The notes under the pieces: generated by a model
The model's database searches: none
What the model was told of the DNA's origin: nothing
The model's input: the letters and a program-made list of their open reading frames with translations, nothing else
Translations under genes and position numbers: made by a program
NCBI GenBank assembly: GCA_010909165.1
Contig: MU008164.1
Span: 1,116,001-1,180,000, forward strand
Direction of reading: 5' to 3'
Source of the DNA: Anthoceros angustus
Lineage: Eukaryota > Plantae > Anthocerotophyta
DNA length: 64,000 nucleotides
Shown here: positions 57,940 through 64,000 of the stretch, piece after piece
How positions within the stretch are numbered: position 1 is the first letter of the stretch
Layout: each line of letters opens with the position of its first letter

Positions 57940-60537
57940 ATGGGGTCCGTGAAGCTTGGGTTAAGGTTGTCGCTGATTGAGCAGACATTTCAATGTAGGG
58001 ATGCCGGGGAGTTCAGGAGACTTTGTGAAGAGGGGTCGTTGGGGCAGGCACTTGAGAAATTAGAGGATTTAGATGTCAAGAGCCTTGGGGATCCTATCAG
58101 TCTCTACAGCTCTATTATCAAGGTGTGCTCCAGGCGTAGTGCCCTGGTGGAAGGAAAGCGGTTGTTTGAACTTATTCTCAGCAGTGATTATGCTTCAAGC
58201 GTTACTCTGGCTAACTGCATGATAGAAATGTTTGCCAAGTGTGCAAGTCTTCCTGATGCACGCAAAGCATTTGACCGTTCACCTAGGCGAGAGGTATCGT
58301 CTTGGAACACATTGCTGTTGGGATATGTCGACAATGGACTTGGTGAAGAGGCTCTTGAACTCTTTGAGGAGATGCTAGAGAATGGACTGCCACCAAATAG
58401 ACATACTTTTGTGGGTGTGCTTCGAGCATGTATCGGCTTGTCAGCTGTAACAGAAGGCAAGCTTGTTCATGCTCTTATTCTGGATGCTGGTTTGGAAGCA
58501 GATCCGGCTGTAGGGAAGGCCCTTGTTCATATGTATTTGAAATTGGGAAGTTGGAGAAGTGCTCATGAAGTTTTTGGAAAGCTATCACAGCGGGATGTAG
58601 TTACCTACAATGCTATGATTCAAGGATGCATGCAAGCAAGTCACAGTGAGGATGCATTTGTGCTTCTTGGGCAACTGGTCCAGGAGGGTTTGGAGCCAGA
58701 TGGTGTGACATTTACGAACATGTTGAAAGGATGTGCTAGCCTGGCAGCCCTGGAGCAAGGCAAATTGGTTCATGCCCTGGTTATGAGAAGCGGGTTACAG
58801 TGTGACAAACTCGTGGGGACAACCTTAGTTGACATGTATTCAAAATGCAGGGAACTGGAGGATGCATTTGAAGTATTCAACAACTTGCCCACTCTCGATG
58901 TTGTGGCATGGAATTCTCTTATTGCAGGTTATGTGCGAAATGGAGATGTGACACGTACATTATCGCTTTTCGAGAAAATGCACCAAGAAGGGGTCAATCC
59001 AAACAGAGGTACATACCTGAGTGTTTTCAAAGCATTCAACAGTCCCAAGCATCTGAAAGAAGCTAAGGAGATTCATGCGGAGGTGGTGCGAAATGGGTTA
59101 GATACAGATGTAGCTATAGGGAATTCTGTGGTTGACATGTATGTACGATGTGGGAGTATGAGAGATGCTTGCCAAGTTTTCCAGAATTTGCCTGAACGGA
59201 ATGTGGCGACGTGGAACAGTATAATTGGTGGTTATTCCCAGGCCGGACAGGCAGAAGAGGCCCTCGTATTGATCAAAGAAATGCACGCTGAGGGTCTGGA
59301 ATGGGACAAAGTAGCTTTCGGTGTTGCCCTGAACGCTTGTTCCAATTTGGCGGCTTTGGAGTATGGGAAGCTGGTGCATCATCTTTTCAGTGCTGAAAGT
59401 CCCTCTGAGGCCGATTCGTTTGTCGGCGCCACACTAGTGGATATGTACATGAGTTGTGGAAGTGTGGAAGATGCTTGTCACGTCTTTGAACGGTTACCAG
59501 TGCGAGATGTTGTGTCATGGGGTACAATGTTAACAGGGTACGTAGAGTTTGGGAATAGTGAGGCTGCCCTTCGAGCATTTGAGGAGATGCAGCAAGAGGG
59601 TGTGAATCCTGATCTGGTCACCTTTGTCAGTGTCATAAAAGCTTGCGCCACTTTAGCAGATTTGAAGCTGGGAAAAAGCGCTCACCATCTGGCCATCGAA
59701 AGAGGGTACCAAAACGATACTATACTGGGAAACAGCTTGATAGATATGTACGCTAAATGTGGTTGTCTGGAAACTGCACTTGAAGTGTTCACTGAGCTAC
59801 CTGCCAGAAGTTTAGTCTCCTGGAATGCAATGCTCACAGGATATGCACAGCACGGACAAGGTGTGGAAGCTCTCAGCTTGTTCAGAGAGATGCAGCATCA
59901 ACAAGTGATCCCCGACTCTGTGACATTTGTAGCGGTGCTCTCTGCATGCAGCCATGCCGGCCTGGTGGACGAAGGCCTTCAATACTTTAAGTCCATGACT
60001 GAGGACTATGGCCTTGCACCTTCCATGCAGCACTACGCAGGCATTGTGGACCTTTTGAGTCGTGCTGGACGGCTAGATGTTGCGGAGGCAACTGTGGGGG
60101 AAATGCCTTTCGAGCCCGATGCAGTAATTTGGTTGACCTTGCTCGGAGCGTGCAGAAAGTACCGCAACGTCGAGGTGGGAAGGCGTGCCTTTGAGCATGT
60201 TATGAGATTGGAACCCGGCAATGCTGCTGCATATATGCTGCTTGTACAACTTTACTCCGAAGAAAATAGCTGGGGCCAGGTTGCAGAGATCAAGAGACGG
60301 ATGAGGCACGCGGGAGTGGAGAAGACGCAGCCCGGGTGTAGTTGGATTGAGGCCAATAACGAAGTGCATGCTTTTGTCTGTGGGGACCTCTGCCACCCCG
60401 ATAGGAAGCAAATCTATGCCACGCTAGAGCGCATCCGCAAAATGGTGAGGAAGAAAGGATACGATGGTGCTGCCATCGCTGTGCTGGAAGATGAGGCAAG
60501 TTCCAGAAGGACGTCAAGCATGACTGCCTCAATGTAG
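57940..60537 (+). CDS. PLS-class PPR protein, E+ subclass (PG box, truncated DYW)
   Basis: P-L-S repeats, E1/E2, then QPGCSWIEANNEVHAFVCGDLCHP; stop before any HxE or CxxC. ATG at 57940; an upstream transit-peptide exon is possible. Confidence 0.9.
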   Translation: MGSVKLGLRLSLIEQTFQCRDAGEFRRLCEEGSLGQALEKLEDLDVKSLGDPISLYSSIIKVCSRRSALVEGKRLFELILSSDYASSVTLANCMIEMFAKCASLPDARKAFDRSPRREVSSWNTLLLGYVDNGLGEEALELFEEMLENGLPPNRHTFVGVLRACIGLSAVTEGKLVHALILDAGLEADPAVGKALVHMYLKLGSWRSAHEVFGKLSQRDVVTYNAMIQGCMQASHSEDAFVLLGQLVQEGLEPDGVTFTNMLKGCASLAALEQGKLVHALVMRSGLQCDKLVGTTLVDMYSKCRELEDAFEVFNNLPTLDVVAWNSLIAGYVRNGDVTRTLSLFEKMHQEGVNPNRGTYLSVFKAFNSPKHLKEAKEIHAEVVRNGLDTDVAIGNSVVDMYVRCGSMRDACQVFQNLPERNVATWNSIIGGYSQAGQAEEALVLIKEMHAEGLEWDKVAFGVALNACSNLAALEYGKLVHHLFSAESPSEADSFVGATLVDMYMSCGSVEDACHVFERLPVRDVVSWGTMLTGYVEFGNSEAALRAFEEMQQEGVNPDLVTFVSVIKACATLADLKLGKSAHHLAIERGYQNDTILGNSLIDMYAKCGCLETALEVFTELPARSLVSWNAMLTGYAQHGQGVEALSLFREMQHQQVIPDSVTFVAVLSACSHAGLVDEGLQYFKSMTEDYGLAPSMQHYAGIVDLLSRAGRLDVAEATVGEMPFEPDAVIWLTLLGACRKYRNVEVGRRAFEHVMRLEPGNAAAYMLLVQLYSEENSWGQVAEIKRRMRHAGVEKTQPGCSWIEANNEVHAFVCGDLCHPDRKQIYATLERIRKMVRKKGYDGAAIAVLEDEASSRRTSSMTASM

Positions 60538-60734
60538 AAGGCAGGATTCAAGACAAGCAAAAATCATATGATTCCACCCATTCCATTAGGCGGCAAACCT
60601 TCTGTATCTGGGCTGCAGGTGGAAGAAAATCTGTTCGAACCCACGTAACAGGACCATGTACCATACAATACAAACAAGGGCGGAAAAAGGATGTCGGAAA
60701 CTGGCTCATGGTCGGCAGACGCGGCAGCTTTGAT

Positions 60735-62483
60735 CTAGGCCGCTGCATGATTACAGGCAAGGACAGGCTCTTCCTGAACCTTAGTGGCCGCCAGCACATG
60801 CTTTTCCTCCCACTCTTTAGCCATGGCCTTGGTGAGCACAGGGTAATTCCCGGAGAAACAGGCATCACAGAACGTGGGAGCTTCATCTCCCAGCATAGAC
60901 CTTAATCTACTGAGAGGCAGGAAAGCCAGGGAGTCGGCCTTCACTTCCTTCCTGGTGTCCTCAATGTTAAGCCTGAAGGAGATGAGCTCTTCACGACTGG
61001 GCGTATCCACTCCATAGTAACAAGACCCTATTATGGGAGGACTGGCTATTCTCATGTGCACCTCAGTGGCACCCGCCTCTTTGATCAGCCTCACTATCTT
61101 GGAAGACGTAGTTCCCCTCACAATGGAGTCATCCACAACCACCACCCTCTTCCCCTGTAGGACAGCCTGCACGGGGGCAAGCTTCAACTTCACCCCGAAG
61201 TCCCGAATCTTCTGCGACGGCTCAATGAAGGTTCGTCCCACATAGTGCGACCTAATCAGCCCCTGCTGGAATGGCACCTTGGCCTTGGAAGCATACCCCA
61301 GAGCTGCAACAACCCCGGAATCAGGAACCGCAATGACGACATCACACTCGACAGGAGCCTCTTCAGCCAGGATCTCCCCGAACCTGTACCTGGACTGGTA
61401 CACAGACCGGCCGAACACTATGGAATTGGGCAGCGCGAAATAGATGTGTTCAAAGATGCAGGCCTTCCTCTCTCTCCGGGGCATCAAACACAGGGAGCTG
61501 ATCCCATCTTTGTCCACCACCACAACCTCTCCGGGATTCACCTCCCTCTCATACGTGGCTTCAATCAGGTCAAGAGCGCAGGTCTCGGACGCGAAGACGA
61601 CAGCCCCGTTGTCCCGCCGCCCCATGACGAGCGGGCGGAAGCCGTAGGGATCCCGCACCGCCACCAGCTTATCCTCCGTGAGGAAGACGAGGGAGTACGC
61701 CCCCTCCAGCTGCTCGCAGGCGTCCACGAGCCGGGCGATGAAGGGCCGGGCTTTGGTGGTGGCGATCAGGTGCAGCACAACCTCGGTGTCGGAGCAGGTG
61801 TTGAAGATGGAGCCGTTCTCCTCCAGCACCGCCCGCAGCTCCTTGTAGTTCACAATGTTCCCGTTGTGCGCCACCGCCAGCTGCCCGAACCTGTACCCCG
61901 CCATGAAGGGCTGCACGTTCTTCACCACGGACGCCCCGGCCGTGGCGTACCTGCAGTGCCCGATGGCCGCGGTTCCCGGGAGCTTGGCGAGGCGGGACTG
62001 GTTGAACACCTCCGACACCAGGCCCATGCCCGTCACCGACTGCAGAACCCCGTCGTGCGACGCCACCATCCCCGCCCCCTCCTGCCCCCGGTGCTGCAGC
62101 GTGTGCAGCGCCAGGAAGCACAGCCTGCTGGCCTCCGGCTCCCCGAAGATCCCCACCACCCCGCATTCCTCCCGCACCCTGTCCTCCTCCTCCTCCTCCT
62201 GCCCTTCCCCGCCCCCTCGTCCTCTCTGTATCCTTTCCACCATGGGGTTAGCCTCGGAATGGCCATCCCCCGCGACCCTCCTGCTCACCTGCCTCCTCCT
62301 CCTCTCCTCCTGCCCAATTCTGAGAGCCACCTTCTGCCCCCACACCTTCCTCCCCCGCGCCCCCTCCCCGGCCGAGGCAAATGCCAACGCCGAGGCCGGC
62401 GCCGGCGCCAGGACCCCTAGGTTGTCGGCATCCGCCAAACCCCTGCACGCGCATGGCTGCAGGACAGCCATCTGCGCAGCCAT
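60735..62483 (-). CDS. PurF/ASE: Amidophosphoribosyltransferase (glutamine PRPP amidotransferase), plastid-type, intronless, 582 aa
   Basis: Ala-rich transit-like leader, propeptide site REE|CGVVG, LQHRGQE, AHNGN, VVVDDSIVRGTT, and Fe-S ligands CIFE, CYYG and CDAC. Confidence 0.96.
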   Translation of the reverse strand: MAAQMAVLQPCACRGLADADNLGVLAPAPASALAFASAGEGARGRKVWGQKVALRIGQEERRRRQVSRRVAGDGHSEANPMVERIQRGRGGGEGQEEEEEDRVREECGVVGIFGEPEASRLCFLALHTLQHRGQEGAGMVASHDGVLQSVTGMGLVSEVFNQSRLAKLPGTAAIGHCRYATAGASVVKNVQPFMAGYRFGQLAVAHNGNIVNYKELRAVLEENGSIFNTCSDTEVVLHLIATTKARPFIARLVDACEQLEGAYSLVFLTEDKLVAVRDPYGFRPLVMGRRDNGAVVFASETCALDLIEATYEREVNPGEVVVVDKDGISSLCLMPRRERKACIFEHIYFALPNSIVFGRSVYQSRYRFGEILAEEAPVECDVVIAVPDSGVVAALGYASKAKVPFQQGLIRSHYVGRTFIEPSQKIRDFGVKLKLAPVQAVLQGKRVVVVDDSIVRGTTSSKIVRLIKEAGATEVHMRIASPPIIGSCYYGVDTPSREELISFRLNIEDTRKEVKADSLAFLPLSRLRSMLGDEAPTFCDACFSGNYPVLTKAMAKEWEEKHVLAATKVQEEPVLACNHAAA

Positions 62484-64000
62484 GGCGGCGCTCCTCACCC
62501 GATGGCCACACCCACCAGCAGCTGTGGCACCAGCTCCACCAGTAGCTCCAGCTTCAGGAATTGCATCCTTTGCGTCCGCATTGCCCTCATCCAAGAGGCC
62601 TAGGAGGAGGCGCGGCGGCGCCGCTCGTTGCAAAACTTACACTCCTATCACCACAGCAGCCACAGCCACTTGCCTTTGCCTTTCACATCGTAAAACAAGC
62701 ACGTTACACACGTATGTATGTATATTTATGTGTATGTATATATATCTATATATAATTATAAGATCTATCAAGGTATATAATATATTGAAAGCAGTCTGCA
62801 CATGGAAACCAGTGACCCTCTCTTGAGTGGGATTGACCCCTTATTGGTATGTATAGGGCTTTAAGCTTCTATTAAAATTTTAAATATTTAATTTTTTTTT
62901 ATTTTGAATAAATTTTATTAAATACATAATCAAGTCAAAAATTTACAATCAAAATTTTAATAGATATTATTATATTTTTAATATATAATAAAACTATTAT
63001 ATATTATAAAATTTTTAAGATCTAGTGAGAAATTCACATGCAATATTCTATGCTGTACAAAAAAGGACAAAAAATGTAGACAATGTAAGAACATGTTTTC
63101 TATATGACCTCTGAGTGTTCATGAAAGTTCACTCTATGTCGGTTGTGGTACCGACCCATCCTTTAAGGTATGCCAAAGCGCACACCTCAATAGGGGTTAC
63201 CTCGAAATCCAATCACAGCCTTGTTTACGTTGTCACAGCCTAAATCCGGCTCAACCGATCGGGTATGAATGGCGACCTTGAGAATCATCGCAGGCCTCAT
63301 TGGCGAGCCCCATAAGGTCTTAAGTTTCTTGATCTGGCTATAGGAACGACCACTTGGATAAGCTTGATGGGCCACAACATTTTGGTTGTCCCCTTCATAA
63401 CAAGTATAGTGCATCAATGTGCAACTAATCTGAAGACTTAAGTGACTGGTCATTATCAACAGCAGAAGAGCGGCAATACCCTTTGAGCAATTGCTGCTTG
63501 TCATAACGACTTTTTGGACACATCGGCCGGCGGTCTGCCATGTTGAGCAAGGTGAAGCCACTCAGGACTCATTGGCTGAGTGGGTCATGAGGTATGTTTG
63601 ATCGGGTCCAACAGTTCTAGCCAAATCGGCCACAAAACCGGGCAAGTGATGGATTTGCAGCCGGGTCGTGTACTGAGAGAGCTTGAGTTTGTCCGCTTTG
63701 CTACCCTGATGTAGGGTGCATACTTTTTTTGGTAATCTCGTATGCGATCATGTGCTCGTAATAAAATTTCTTGTACCATACATGGAATCTATGTATTCCA
63801 ATATGATTTCCAAATTAAAACAAACAAGTCCACTCTCTATTCCCTTTGTATGCCATAACACATACCATATATAAAATATGATACCTATATAGTCGTCAAC
63901 CTCATCTCTTGGCCGGGAAATGAGCATATAAATCGAGGACACATCTAGTAATAGAAGGAAATATAAATAATACAATAGTAGTTACTAAATTTTTCACAAC

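Noticed and set aside
61245-62826. 391-aa and 323-aa plus-strand ORFs opposite PurF
   Set aside because: Antisense shadows of a GC3-rich coding sequence; the same applies to ORFs opposite LHY and the PPR genes.
63100-64000. Minus-strand ORF fragments that might be a transposase remnant
   Set aside because: No DDE, zinc-finger or terminal-repeat evidence could be identified, and the region is cut by the window edge.

Overview
Eukaryotic nuclear DNA from a compact seed-free plant genome. Short GT-AG introns (mostly about 70-250 bp) and a DYW:KP-type PPR point to a hornwort-like genome; this is inference. Host genes: LHY/CCA1-like MYB clock gene, an intronless minimal CDPK/PPCK-like kinase, a 26-repeat PLS-PPR with a KP-type (U-to-C-associated) DYW domain ending DAH, an ATL-like RING-H2 ligase, a tandem array of GH30_5-like endo-beta-1,6-galactanases, PRA1.A, ARL2, an E+ PPR and plastid PurF. 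The middle ~35 kb is nested mobile DNA that could be resolved to the base using target-site duplications: a CRE-like non-LTR element split by a Copia element, a non-autonomous hAT inside a PPR pseudogene, and a second Copia carrying a 2.6-kb solo LTR. Both Copia elements have non-canonical TA...TA termini. Three 1.3-2.6 kb tandem duplications are rich in homopolymer deletions and may be long-read assembly artefacts, so frameshifts and copy numbers here need caution. No rRNA, tRNA or CRISPR array was seen. Exon boundaries and alignments were read by eye; no searches were run.
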